NCBI RefSeq assembly: GCF_006345805.1
Contig: NC_042999.1
Coordinates: forward strand, 47,988,001-48,052,000
Source: Octopus sinensis
Lineage: Eukaryota
Direction: 5' to 3'
DNA: 64,000 bases
Both the position numbers and the translations under genes were made by a program. Of the stretch, positions 1-12,168 are shown in pieces (position 1 is the stretch's first letter; the number at the start of each line of letters is the position of its first letter). The notes under the pieces are model-generated. The model saw only the letters and a program-made list of their open reading frames with translations, did no database searches and was not told the origin of the DNA.

Positions 1-290
1 ATCGTTATTGGCGACGAAAAATGGTGCCTGTATATCAATATGAAGCAAAGTAAGTAATGACTTAGCCCCGCTAAAGAAGCGACACCGCTCTTGAAACAAG
101 ATCTTCAAATACGTAAAACAATGTTGTGCGTGTGGTGGGACTGAGAAGGGAGTATCCATTACGAATTGCTTGAACGGAACTCTGCGTTCAACAGATGGAA
201 CGACTCAACACGAAACTCCGCGTTCAGCAGATGGAACGACTCAACACGGCTATTCAAGAACAAAAACCTAATCGTCAGCATGGTAGTCTA
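1..290 (+). mobile_element. mariner (DD34D-type) transposase relic, truncated by the window edge
   Basis: Frame 1 reads IVIGDEKWCLYINMKQ..LSPAKEATPLLKQDLQIRKTMLCVWWD*EGSIHYELLERN, then QQMERLNTAIQEQKPNR. This matches the mariner GDEKW and MLCVWWD...YELL motifs. In-frame stops and an internal 36-bp tandem duplication (178-248) are present. Confidence 0.9.
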
Positions 291-514
291 TTTTTTGTTC
301 ATCAAAAGTTTTCCCTATTTTCTCCCAATTTTAAATTTGATTTCTGAGAGACTCTCGTTTAATCAGTTATTACATGCATCCTATGTGCATAGTATGCTTG
401 CATACCCATGCACAGGGACAACATAGGTAAATTGCACTGGTAGTAATAACCCATATGCTCATCCCTTAGACGTTTACTCTAACCGCTATAACTCTACTAC
501 CTTTGGTATATACT

Positions 515-551
<37 letters not shown>

Positions 552-1153
552 CTTTGTTCCTGCCCGAATAAAACCCTTCAAAGCACGCCGTAAAGTGACT
601 GAAACAAGCAAACGATAGAAGAATATAAAATATGTACACATATTGCCGTATATGTGAGAGCTAATGTGTATTTACGTACATGATAAAACAATGTATGCTT
701 AATCAGGTTTTCATATGAGTAGGTATTTATGCATTTGTTCATAAACACCGAAATATCGATGTAAATTAACGTTTAAAAATAATAAGTACATGTGATTACT
801 GTTATAAATTTATAGTTTGTTTGTTCAGATTATGTAACACGACGAATTAAACTTGATAAATTACCAATCCTACAATGAGCACTTATTAAAATTATTATTA
901 ATAATAAAAATCTATCAAATTATTTAGATTTATCATAATACGATTTAGCAACTTCAAAATACGTTTCTCCAGAATCTATTGAATTGTCTGTCTCTTTGAT
1001 TTCTTAAATGTTGCATACTAATTTATCAAATAATCAATGTATCTACCTCTATACAAAAATATGCAAACATATGCCTGTTTCAATGTCTGCCTATCTGTGT
1101 ACGTACATATGTAGATATATACGTCTATATATATATGTGTGTATGTATGTATG

Positions 1154-1195
<42 letters not shown>

Positions 1196-1289
1196 ATATG
1201 TATATATATTTACATATATATACATATGGGCATACATACATACAAATATATATATATATATATACGTATGTATATATATATATATATGT

Positions 1290-1324
<35 letters not shown>

Positions 1325-1451
1325 TCATTTGTTAAATTTTAATTAATTTGTAAAATTTTAATTCATATAAATTATTTTATATTTTATGTATTGGCTTAAG
1401 TCTTTCTTTGTTTGATTTGCATAATAGTGGTTTTGTCTCTAATTTATTATA

Positions 1452-1489
<38 letters not shown>

Positions 1490-3427
1490 AAATATATATA
1501 TGTGTATTTATGCATGTACGAATGACGTCGAAAAGTCCATAAATCAGGAGAAAGATGCACTCGTATATCTATCAATAGAATGATGGTATTTGCAGTTGCC
1601 GTGTTTCATTCCATATCGGCTACGACTGACGTCCGTAGAGTTATGTAATCGGATTGTTACCTCAGTCTGCGTCGTACCCCCTAGCCCGAAACTGATTAGT
1701 AAGATCAGTTGTGAGGGATATATAATACCGTAGACTTCGGATAATAAACATACGCACACACGTGTATATATATAGTTTCTTATCTGTTCTTAATTTTTAT
1801 TTCTGTCATTCATTTGACTACTGGGGCAAAGTCCTATGCTGGGCAATAGCCTTGATGACTTTAGTCAAATAAATCCGCTCACCGTACTTGTATAAATATG
1901 GAACTTACTACTACGGGCATGTTTTTTCACGAACAACTAAGGAACGGTTGCTTAAACACACTAGGGCCTGTTATTAAAATGTGATATGAGATAATCACAA
2001 ACATAACCAGGTGCCCGTGCACACGCTCTTATATGAAAATCTCCTTTCGTTTATCATCTACGAAATCCACTCAAATGATATTAGTCTGACTAGAGATGGT
2101 ATAGAAAACACGTTCCAGAGATGGTCACGAGGAACGCTTCTTACCGAACAGCCACAATCATTTTCTATTATGCAGTATAGTTAGCTGTTTTTTTTTACGG
2201 TTCCTGTTGTACTCGGAAGGATGATTCATAGTGATCTCTAGCGCAATAATTCTTTTAAAACAGCCGTTCAGTTTGTATGTTGAAATCCCACTCTGTGAAG
2301 ATTAGGTGAATTGTAGACGAAGATATGGCGTTTTTTTCCAGACACGCTGAATACATTCAAGATTGTCTCCCATTAGAATTCTAGAGTTTTACTTCGATTC
2401 TAATAAGAATTTTGATGTATTTAATTCGTTGCTTTATTGTCTTCCTCCCAGTTAGTTCGTCCTTATGGCGTTCAAACATGGCTCCAGAAATATAATAGGA
2501 AGTGTATTTCGCAAAACAGTCATTTTTAATGAAAACGAACGTCTAAATGATAATCGACAAAGTTTTCCGGACACTAATAATAAAAGCTACAGAATCTCTT
2601 TAATAGAGACAAGTTTCATCTTGAGGAATTCTCCAAAGTATATATTCTTCAACAAAATACTAATTCAAAATATGAAACAATACCGCTTATCTCCTTGCAT
2701 AAAAACATTCTCTACTCTGAGTCAATGTAGCTTTGTGCAATAACTTTCTTTTGCTGTAAACTTTCCGCTGTTTTCTATGATATCCTGTCATAAGTAATTC
2801 CCAATCCGCTATTATATTATACACACCATTGATAAAGATATCATCCGTAAATTTATGGCTTTAACAGGATATAGCTTTCAGACACTAAATAAATTTCCTA
2901 ATGGTTTGATGGCTCTTAAGAAGAGTATTTTCTTTCACTAGCAGTCTTTTAAAGTCTAGGATTATATAAAAATTCCGATGGGGGAGAAGTTCAAGATGCG
3001 ACATGTATAAGTAATTTATCATAATTATGGCGTTGTCGTTTCAGTATTGGCAATGAATCACAATTATGAAAAAAGATTGTTGGAACAATAAAAACATACG
3101 TTATTAAGTGATTCCATATGGAGTGTATGGAAATCTTTATACTATGCAACTTATAAGTGCAAAATATCTCTATCGTGATCTATCTATCCATCAGTCCTTT
3201 CCTCTATCTCTCTCTCTCTCTCTCACTCTCACCCTCTCAACTACACATGTCTCTGTATTTATGTGTGTACACATGTATTTGTAAAGTAAACAAGCAAATA
3301 CGATCCACACACACACAGATATGTATGTATATATATATATATAAACACATATACATGTAAACTTACATATACATATGGATATATATGTTTGTGTGCATAT
3401 ATATATATATATATACATGTATGTATT

Positions 3428-3499
<72 letters not shown>

Positions 3500-3500
<1 letters not shown>

Positions 3501-4822
3501 CTTTCTCACACAAATTAGGGTTTGAAACAGCTGCTTGACCATTCAGATGCCAGCGTGATATACCTTGACTTTGCAAAGGCATTTGATAAAGTAGATCACG
3601 GCATGGCATGTAATAAGCTACGAGACTTCTGTATAACTGGTAAACTGCGAAACTGGCTGCATGACTTCCTTAAAGACAGAAGTTAGGTAGTTACAGCCAA
3701 TGGAGTCCCTCCTGAAGAAACTTAAATACTATGTGGCGTTCCCCAGGGAGCTGGTCTGGCGCCATTGCTGTTCATAATATCCCTTTTAGACGTGTCCACG
3801 GTCACTCGGATACCCAGCGTCAAAAGTTATACTGATACTACAAAATTATCACAGGCAATATAAAACCAAGATGACGTCGCAAGATTACAGCGGGACCTAC
3901 ATTCGATATTCAAGTGGGCCGAAATAAACAACATGCATAGCAATGCTAGAAACTTTTAAACACTACAGCCTGCATATACAGGACCCGAATGCACTAAAAT
4001 ATCAGAGCCACAGGCAGGGAAATACTTGAGGATCAGTATGTGTAATGACGCATCATTTTATATGCACATTACCAAAATAGCTGCAACCTTAGACAAGAGG
4101 TAGGATGGATACTGAGGTCTTTCAAGACATGAAATCAAGAAACTATGTTGACTCTGTAGAGAATCTTTGTTCCCAGCTGCCTAGACTACTGCTCCAAGAA
4201 ATTGTCACCATATAGTGCAAAACCAATAGCGGAGCCTCAAGCGGCCCATCGCCATCACACTAAAAAGATACAAGGAGTGCTGTGGATGGGTTACAGGAAG
4301 AAGTTGGAAAGGTGCAACGTTACTCCCTGGGGTGAAGGCGTGAGATATATGTAGTAATCAGCATATAGAAAATTCTAGAAGAGCTAGTACCTAATTTCGG
4401 CATTGAGTGTTATACAAATGCCAGAACTGACCGCCATTGTATTGAAAAAAAGGGACCACCCACTCACTCAAAATTCTGGACCAGTTACTGCTATTGTCTA
4501 GCGTTCAAAGGCCCACAGATCTTCAATGCCCTGACACAAACATTAAGAAATCTGCATGAGGTGGACATAAATGCCTTCCAAAATGAATGAGACGTCCTCA
4601 TCTTCAGAACACCCAATGAACCAACAGCCCGGCATGAAGTGCAGACGAAGGCAGTGGAATCTAACTCCCTTATACACCAAATGGCCAACCGCTTGGACAA
4701 AGGCACATACAAGAGTGGTGATGTGAAACACCGCAGACTGAGGAAACCAGATACACGGTGGTGCTCCGGCTTGACTGCAGCCGCACCGCTGAAACGAGTA
4801 AGAGAGTAAAAGATTAAAAGAT
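3500..4822 (+). mobile_element. 5'-truncated CR1/L2-like LINE (RT domain through 3' tail), degraded
   Basis: Motifs [11 protein letters not shown] (3567), GVPQGAGLAPLLFII, SYTDTTK (degenerate YADD), LQRDLHSIFKWAEINNM and GWILRSFKT...CLDYCSKKLSP, with many stops and frameshifts. Ends in a short repeated agtaaaaga tail. Confidence 0.9.
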
Positions 4823-4846
4823 TATATATATATATATATATATATA

Positions 4847-5052
4847 TTCTTTTTATCTGTTTCAGTTATGTGGCTGTGGCCAATATGGAGCACCGCCTTT
4901 AGTCGAGCAAATCGGCCCTAGGACTTATTTTTTGTATGCCAAGTACTTGTCTCTCGGTCTCTTTTGCCGAACCGCTAGGTTACGGGGACGTAAACACACC
5001 AGCATCGGTTGTCAAGTGATGTTGGGGGACAAACGCAGGCACACGAACATAG

Positions 5053-5135
<83 letters not shown>

Positions 5136-5238
5136 TATATACGACGGGCGTCTTTCAGTTTCCGTCTACCAAATCCACTCACAAGGCTTTGGTCGGCCCG
5201 AGGCTATAGTAGAAGACACTTGCCCAAGGTGCCACGCA
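4847..5238 (-). mobile_element. CORE-like SINE (family A), head truncated
   Basis: Reverse complement of the copies at 26575 and 53457: tgcgtggcaccttgggcaagtgtcttctac (CORE/MIR-like), gtgagtggatttggtagacggaaactgaaaga, a central (TA)n/(TG)n tract, and a ggcggtgctcc...tgaaac tail. Confidence 0.85.
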
Positions 5239-5264
5239 TATATATATATGTTCTTGTATTCTGT

Positions 5265-5660
5265 CATTGTTTTATGTTTTAGTTATTTGACTGCGGCCAT
5301 GCTGGAGAAACGGTTTAGTCGAGCAAATCGACACCAGAACTTATTCTTTGTAAGTCTAGTACTTATTCTATCAGTCACTTTTGCTGAACCGCCTAGTTAC
5401 GGGGACGTAAACACACCAACTTCGATTGGCAAGTGATGGTGCAGGGTCAAACACCGACACACAAACATATATATACATATATACATAAATATATCTATAT
5501 GAGAGGCTTCTTTCAGTTTCCGTCTACCAAATCCACTCACAAGGCTTTGTTCGGCCCGAGGCTGTAGTAGAAGACACTGTCCAAAGTGCCAAGCAGTGGG
5601 ACTGAACTCAGAACCATGTGGTTGGAAAGGAATATTTTTTACCACATTACCACGCCTGCG
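5265..5660 (-). mobile_element. CORE-like SINE (family A), near full length
   Basis: Same blocks as the other family A copies, including the head cgcaggcgtggt..gtggtaa...aaccacatggttctgagttcagtcccactgc. Confidence 0.85.
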
Positions 5661-5710
5661 ACTCTCTCTCTCTCTCTCTCTCTCTGTGTCTCCACACACA
5701 CACACATATA

Positions 5711-5916
5711 TATTCCTTTACTACCCACAAGGGGCTAAACATAGTGGAGACAAACAAGGACAGACAAAGGTATTAAGTCGATTGCATCGACTCCAGTGCG
5801 TAACTGGTATTTAATTTATCGACCCCGATACGATGGTAGGCAAAGTCGAACTCGGCGGAATTTGAACCCAGCAGACGAAATTCGGCTACGCATTTCGCCC
5901 GGCGTGCTAACGATTC
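5711..5916 (-). mobile_element. Meta-domain-like SINE (family B)
   Basis: Reverse complement matches the copies at 31487, 36118 and 46854 (gaatcgttagcacgccgggcgaaatg...ggggtcgataaattaa...gtgggtagtaaagga). Confidence 0.85.
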
Positions 5917-8289
5917 ACACACACACATATATATGCAGTATGTCCATTACGTATCTGCATACGTACTCAAGTACTTGCAAAAAGGGTAAATCATTTGCCA
6001 TTCACTATTCCAGTCCTAGATAAGATGGGGAAGGTGAGAGAACATAACATACGTTATAGCCAAAATCCCCAACTGAATTATACAACCGAATATGAAACCT
6101 CTCATCATTTTTAGCATAGAATACAATAAGGGGATATAGGAGTATTCTCAAATGTACAGGACATTGAACTCAATCATAGTTGTATATGTCGTTACTGCTG
6201 GACATTGGACTGAAACTGTGGATGGCAATGTATCCATGTGAAAGTCGCTGCAAATCGTTCATTTAATGTGATCCATTTTAATGTGGCGAAGAAAACTATA
6301 CAGAATTTAGGAAAGGGAATAAATGTTGAAATGCAAAGGCAATGAAATAGAGATAGCTCAAATAACCAGTGGACAACATAGAAATATATAACTGTAATAA
6401 TTCTTACTTTGGGACAAATATAAATCACACATGCTGACAAAATATAACACGAGGTGTACAGTGTCTATGCGTGTGTGCGTGTGCGGGTGTGTGTGTGTGT
6501 GTGTATGTGTGTGCGAGTGTGCATGTGTCTGTTTGAGTGTGTATGTTTGTGTGTGCACATATTTTGTACAGAGGTGGATTTGCACACACTAGTGCACTTA
6601 TATTTATATTTATAAATGGGAACGTGCACGAACGTGTTCACATCAAATGATTAAAGCGTTAATCAATACATGGCGAACGCAAGTCCTTATTTTAGAAAAG
6701 TGAGAGCATTTTAGAATTTTCTTATAAGACTCCTCTCATTTATACGTGTGTATTTATATTTTTCTTCCTCCAAATCACATACAGTCTTGTGTATTTTCGT
6801 TTATATTCATCCAAGATGAAGACGAGTGGCAACGTTTTATTTGACGGGTCTAATAATTTGCTGAGAATTTTAAAACGAATGATAAACGCACAATAAGTTT
6901 TTAAGCGCAACGCATTTTTCACATACAAAATTTTCAAGAGTTTATTCTGAAGTCTTTAATTGAATTGTATAGAGATTTGAATGTCAGCGTTGAAATTATT
7001 TTACGTAAGTTGTGTGTGTGAGTGTGTGTGAGTGTGTGTTTATGTGTGTGTAAGCGTGTGTGTGTGTATTTGTGTGTGTGAGTGTGTGTTTGTGTGTGTG
7101 CAAGTGTGTGTGTGTATTTGTGTGTGTGTGTGCATGTGTGTGTGTGTGTGTGTGATACATAAGAGTTCATACGAGGCTCAGTTATTTTCTGAAGACTTTA
7201 AGTAGATATATTCCAGTTATAAATAGCGAATTACTGGCACGACCTCCTTCAATCTATAACATCCCGATTATATTCACGTTTTTAGGAATCTACGAAATAT
7301 CTTGCCTGAACTTTGCTACGATTTTGAACGAGGAACTATAATGAAACATACAATAAATAATTTTAGATACGATTGTCATGACAATGTGCTAGCAAACTAT
7401 AAAATTAAGCGATATCCCTTCATCTGAAGTTCTGCCAATACAGTAGAAAGGAGCAATAAATTTTATTAATTGCAAGGCGTTGTATCTTATTATCAGTCGC
7501 ATATAGGAATTGCTTATCATTTCAGACAGGTGTGTTCTATCAATGGACTAATAATTGAACCACAATAATTCCCATCATTGAAGAATAATGAAAGCAAATG
7601 CTAATATATTGAATATATTTCCTATTGTAAAGATAGATTTACCAAAGACATCAAAGCATGCATAGATTATTAATAAAATATCTGAATACTATTCAAGAAC
7701 TGCGGCAGATTTATTTTCTGAATCACATCATATGGAATATGGATTCTGATTAAAATATATTCCTAGCGTAGTAGATATATTTAGAATAAACATATATATT
7801 ATACATTTCTGTTGTAAATCGAGGAAGAATTATGCTAATGAAACACGCATACTGGATTCTGTTTTGTTTCATTTATTATAATCAGTTAACTAGTTAGACT
7901 TGTGCCAATATTTGAAACCATTATTAACTAATTATTCAAGCATTTAGCCAATTAATTAATTGAGTCTGTGATGAATATGACAATCGATTATTCAGCTAGG
8001 TTCTTCAAAGATCTTTCGTCACTATTCGAAACGACATCAATGGTGAGTATTCACTAATGTAAGCCAGTTAGATTTCCCTACTTTACAGAAACTGCATTCA
8101 TATTAATTTACGCGTAAGCATGTGAGAATGTATGAGTGGTAGATAGGGAGAATGTGAAAAAAAAAACACACAGAGAGAGACTGTGCATATGCGTATGCAT
8201 GTGTATCTGTGTGACATGATGCAGATTCTGGGGAAAAGAGTAAGTATATATATATATATATATATAGTTAATCCAAACAAGAAAGCACA

Positions 8290-8470
8290 AAAAAACACCA
8301 CAACGCGAGGACGTGGAACAAATATAGTATTATTGGACGCTCAGGAAAGAAGGAAGGTTTAACGTTTCGCGCGGAACTCTTCGTCGGAAACATAGGAGAA
8401 GGAAAGATCCAGAGAAGGGAAGACAGAGGAAAAACGAAAATCGCCAACGGTACACACGAGGTCACAGAGA
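8290..8470 (-). mobile_element. Penelope-type terminal repeat fragment
   Basis: Shares architecture with 10290-10495 and 20445-20612 (aacaaa..gtatta...acgctc.ggaa...acgtttcg...ctcttcg) and contains a hammerhead-like fold on the minus strand. Confidence 0.6.
8357..8391 (-). ncRNA. minimal type I hammerhead ribozyme-like motif (CCGA core variant)
   Basis: Minus strand: GUUU CCGACGA A GAGUUCCGCGC GAAA CG U U AAAC. Stem I is GUUU/AAAC, stem III is the palindrome ACGU, the triplet is GUU, and stem II has one mismatch. Confidence 0.55.
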
Positions 8471-8475
8471 GAGTG

Positions 8476-8817
8476 GTTGTATACTGTCAACTTAACGTGA
8501 CAGTCCCGTATGGAAATTACACCACCGCTGTTTAGCCCTAGGAAGCATCGACGCTTCTTGTCGGCTTTGACACATTTCCTGTGTCCTTATATTTGTGAAG
8601 GGGAGGCAAGCACCCCCACCAGCCAAGATTAAGACCCAGAAACATGCATGTCTTCAGGTGTGAATCTTGGCTGGTGGGGGTGCTTGCCTCCCCTTCACAA
8701 ATATAAGGACAAATGAAATGTGTCAAAGCCGACAGGGAGCGTCGATGCTTCCTAGGGCTAAACAGCGGTGCTGTAATTCCCATACGGGACTGTCACGTTA
8801 TGTTGACAGTATACAAC
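8476..8817. repeat. long foldback inverted repeat (155-bp arms, 32-nt loop)
   Basis: 8476-8630 is the reverse complement of 8663-8817, with 7 mismatches counted by eye. Confidence 0.95.
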
Positions 8818-9058
8818 AACCCTATCGCTCCACCACCGCTCATGTCGCTTTGAGACATTTAGAAATTTAATATTTCTAATATATATATATATATGTGTGT
8901 GTTTGTGTGTCTGTGTGTGTGTGTATGTATGTATGTATGCATGTATGTATGTATATATATAATTATGTGTGTGTGTATGTATGTGTGAATGTATGAATGC
9001 AAGCATATCTATCTTTCATCCAGCCATTCATGAGGTTAACATATCGTCTAATTAAAAT

Positions 9059-9090
<32 letters not shown>

Positions 9091-10094
9091 GTGTGCTTCT
9101 TCTCAGTTCCATCTTTCAAGGTTTCGGATGGCCTGAAAACGCTTTATCAAGTTCGATACAGTGAGAATGAATCGTTGTCAACTTGTAGTTGTGACGCAAA
9201 CATTTTACCACACAGAGATGACTCTGTGAATGAATGAATTGCATGTGTATAGGTGTGCTACGAAGCGTGTTCACGTGTTTTTGGTTACTCAACTTCAAGT
9301 GTATTTAATTTTCCTGTTTTCAGGATCCTCTTCAACTTTGTCTTATATAACTCGACGTAACAAATAATGATTCTTACCTACAAACGTTTTATAGTTCACA
9401 TACACACACACACAAACAAACACATAGACATACACAACAACAATAACAACAAGAATAACAACACCAACACCAGCAAAAAAACAACAAGACAAGAAGCCCT
9501 GATGTAGTTTTTACCATAGTCTCTTCACTACCGCAACTATATAAGTTTACTAATCTAAAAGTCAGAACGATATATTTAACCTATATGTCGATAATTAAGG
9601 GAAATGCTTAACATTCTTTGAGTTTATTCCATAGAAATTCCATTATATTTCACAACATTCAATAAATATATTGAAATCAAATAATGAGTAATGTATCTAA
9701 ATTATGCAAACCTTGTGAAAGAAACAAACACACACGCGGGAATTCTTACACAGCATTCTTTTCTCTGACTACAAAGTGGCAAAGAGAAAGAGACAAAATA
9801 CAAAAAGAAATGGTAGTAACGGCCCACGCCCGACATAAGGCAACACATTATAAAATAGTTGAGAAAATAATAAAATAATAGGTAAGGAGGTAGATTAGAC
9901 AAACATGTGATGTAATAGTGACAAGCTCCAAGAAATAATGTTTATTGCCTCCAAATGAGAATGTGTCCGTAGTTTTAAGAAAGCTGTGTGCAGTGCCAAA
10001 GTTAGAACTAGTACATATTTCCTTAGAATAATATATAAACTAAGGAAATGCATTTGTTCGCAAATGAATAGAATATAAGGATTTTATAGGATCA

Positions 10095-10235
10095 CATGTG
10101 TTGTACGAAGCACGATCCCAACCTCTTGTTTGGGGTTTTAGTTCCACGGCGTGGCGCCTTAGGCAAATCTCTTTTCGGACGGAATACAGCCTTCTGGGTG
10201 GATTTATAGAGGGAAACTGAGAGATGCCCGTCGTA
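10095..10235 (+). mobile_element. diverged 5' half of a family A SINE
   Basis: ccacggcgtggcgccttaggcaaat...gggtggatttatagagggaaactgagagatgcccgtcg followed by (TA)n, as in intact copies. Confidence 0.6.
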
Positions 10236-10289
<54 letters not shown>

Positions 10290-10291
<2 letters not shown>

Positions 10292-10495
10292 GAGAGAGGA
10301 TTCGCCAAAAAAAGACAACAGACGAAGACAGGTGGTGTGGAGAACAAACAGATGTATTAGTTTAAAGCTTGAGAGTTGAAAAAGTCTTCAACGTTTCGAG
10401 CCTATGCTCTTACACAGATAGGAACACAGAAAGAAACAAGGAGAGAAAATAAAGAATGTGTAGTGGCTAGCAATCTATCGTGGCGAATATATATA
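10290..10495 (-). mobile_element. Penelope-type terminal repeat fragment (second family)
   Basis: Homologous to 20445-20612 (aacaaacagatgtattagtttaa...tttcgagccta...gtggctagc). The minus strand carries a degenerate hammerhead-like GAGC-AUAG-GCUC-GAAACGU. Confidence 0.65.
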
Positions 10496-12080
10496 TATAC
10501 AGAGAGAGAGAGAGAGACAGAGAGAGGGAGAGAGAGAAATAGATAGATTAATATAGGTATAGATATAGATATATGTGAGTACGTGACTTTGTATCTGTGT
10601 TTACCCATCCACACTACGTTGTTGGTGTGTTTACGTCTACGTACTTAGCTGCTAGGCGAAAGAAACTCATAAAATAGTACTGAGGTTCATACATTCGACT
10701 AAAAATTATTCAGAGCGGTGACATATAGAATGGACGAAGCCTCATGATTAAAACAAGTAAAAGTTAAAGGAAGAAGATTGCAAGCCGTGATGTAGCTTAT
10801 CAGTTAAAACATTTGGAAGGCGAATGTAGTAAATTGATCACAGCATATATGAGGAAACTGCCAGAAGTGTAGCTGAGATAATGGAAGGTATTGGATGGAT
10901 TATAGTGAAAGGAAAAGCGATGCCGATACCTTTCTTAGTATGCTAAAGATAGAAAATTTAAGATGTTTAATAAAATAGATAGGCACATTTCACAAATTTT
11001 TATGACAGCTAGGTCAATCTGCACTAATAATCCATTTCTAACCATAAACGGATAAAATGCAAAGCTCACACCACACCGATAGCCGCTATAAAAGAAAACA
11101 ATACAAAATATAGGTTAATATGTGAATCCACATGTGAGTTCTTACCTGTGTGTTTGGTAATGCAAATTATCGTGCACAAGTATATTGATATTAAATTGCT
11201 TGAGGAAGTATACAAATCAAACCACTCTGCATATGTTGTTAAACTTCTCATCAGCAACAGTGTAAAGCTGAGAAAAACCGATAGGTATATAAGTTGGTAA
11301 ATATACATTAAACTCTGTGGGTTAGGTCAGTAAACATACACTTGTGTGATAGTAAACATGTATTAGTAAGGTCAACATAGATCTATATTTCATGTGTTCA
11401 ATGTGTGTGAATGTGTGTTTTTGTATGTGTTTGTGTATTTATAAGCTTTGCACAATTGTGTGTGAAGTACAGTACGGTGATAGATAAACTCTGTATTTCT
11501 TATTCCCCTGAGTTATTAGAATAGAAATTGAAACCAGTCATAAAACTGTAATAATGTCTACACTATCACCGCTCTACTGCCCTGAAAAGATGACTGGACT
11601 TGAATGCCCATACACGCACTCTCTTGCATCAAAGCACACCGACTCACAGTACATTCTCACAATCAAAGAAACTAACCATGAATAAATGAAAAGAAAATTA
11701 ATTAAAAAAATAAATATTTAACCACTCACTCCTTCAAAGGAATCCACACCACAAGCATACTCTGTTGCATGCGTGTGTACACACACGGTCTCTCTCACAG
11801 ACTCACATAATTCCTACCAAGCCACACACGGCGTGCACAGGATGCATGCACTCGGACGCACATACACACACGTCACAATCACATACATACACAGGTACCC
11901 AGACACACAGCTGCTGATCACCCTTACAGGCAACCTTGTGTCAACTACCACCAACACAGGAACATCTTTAAAATATCATCTTAAGTCAATTTCATATTTT
12001 CCCAAGCATCAAGTTAACTAAATCGAAAAGGTTTCTGAAACGTATTCAAATGTATGTATCTTTTATCTAAGTAATGATAA

Positions 12081-12082
<2 letters not shown>

Positions 12083-12166
<84 letters not shown>
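12083..12166. repeat. (GATA)n microsatellite
   Basis: Direct inspection; a similar tract lies at about 32617-32698. Confidence 0.95.

Positions 12167-12168
<2 letters not shown>

Noticed and set aside
1008-1342. ORFs rich in YI/IY/CV/HT repeats here and at many other positions (e.g. 25283-25867, 27522-28068, 30341-30765, 42903-43301, 45943-46427)
   Set aside because: They are translations of (TA)n, (CA)n and (TG)n microsatellites, which lack stop codons in some frames.
7996-8042. Possible exon (…RFFKDLSSLFETTSM) ending in a consensus GTGAGT donor
   Set aside because: The acceptor is ambiguous, two frames are open and there is no homology; such site pairs are expected by chance in 64 kb.
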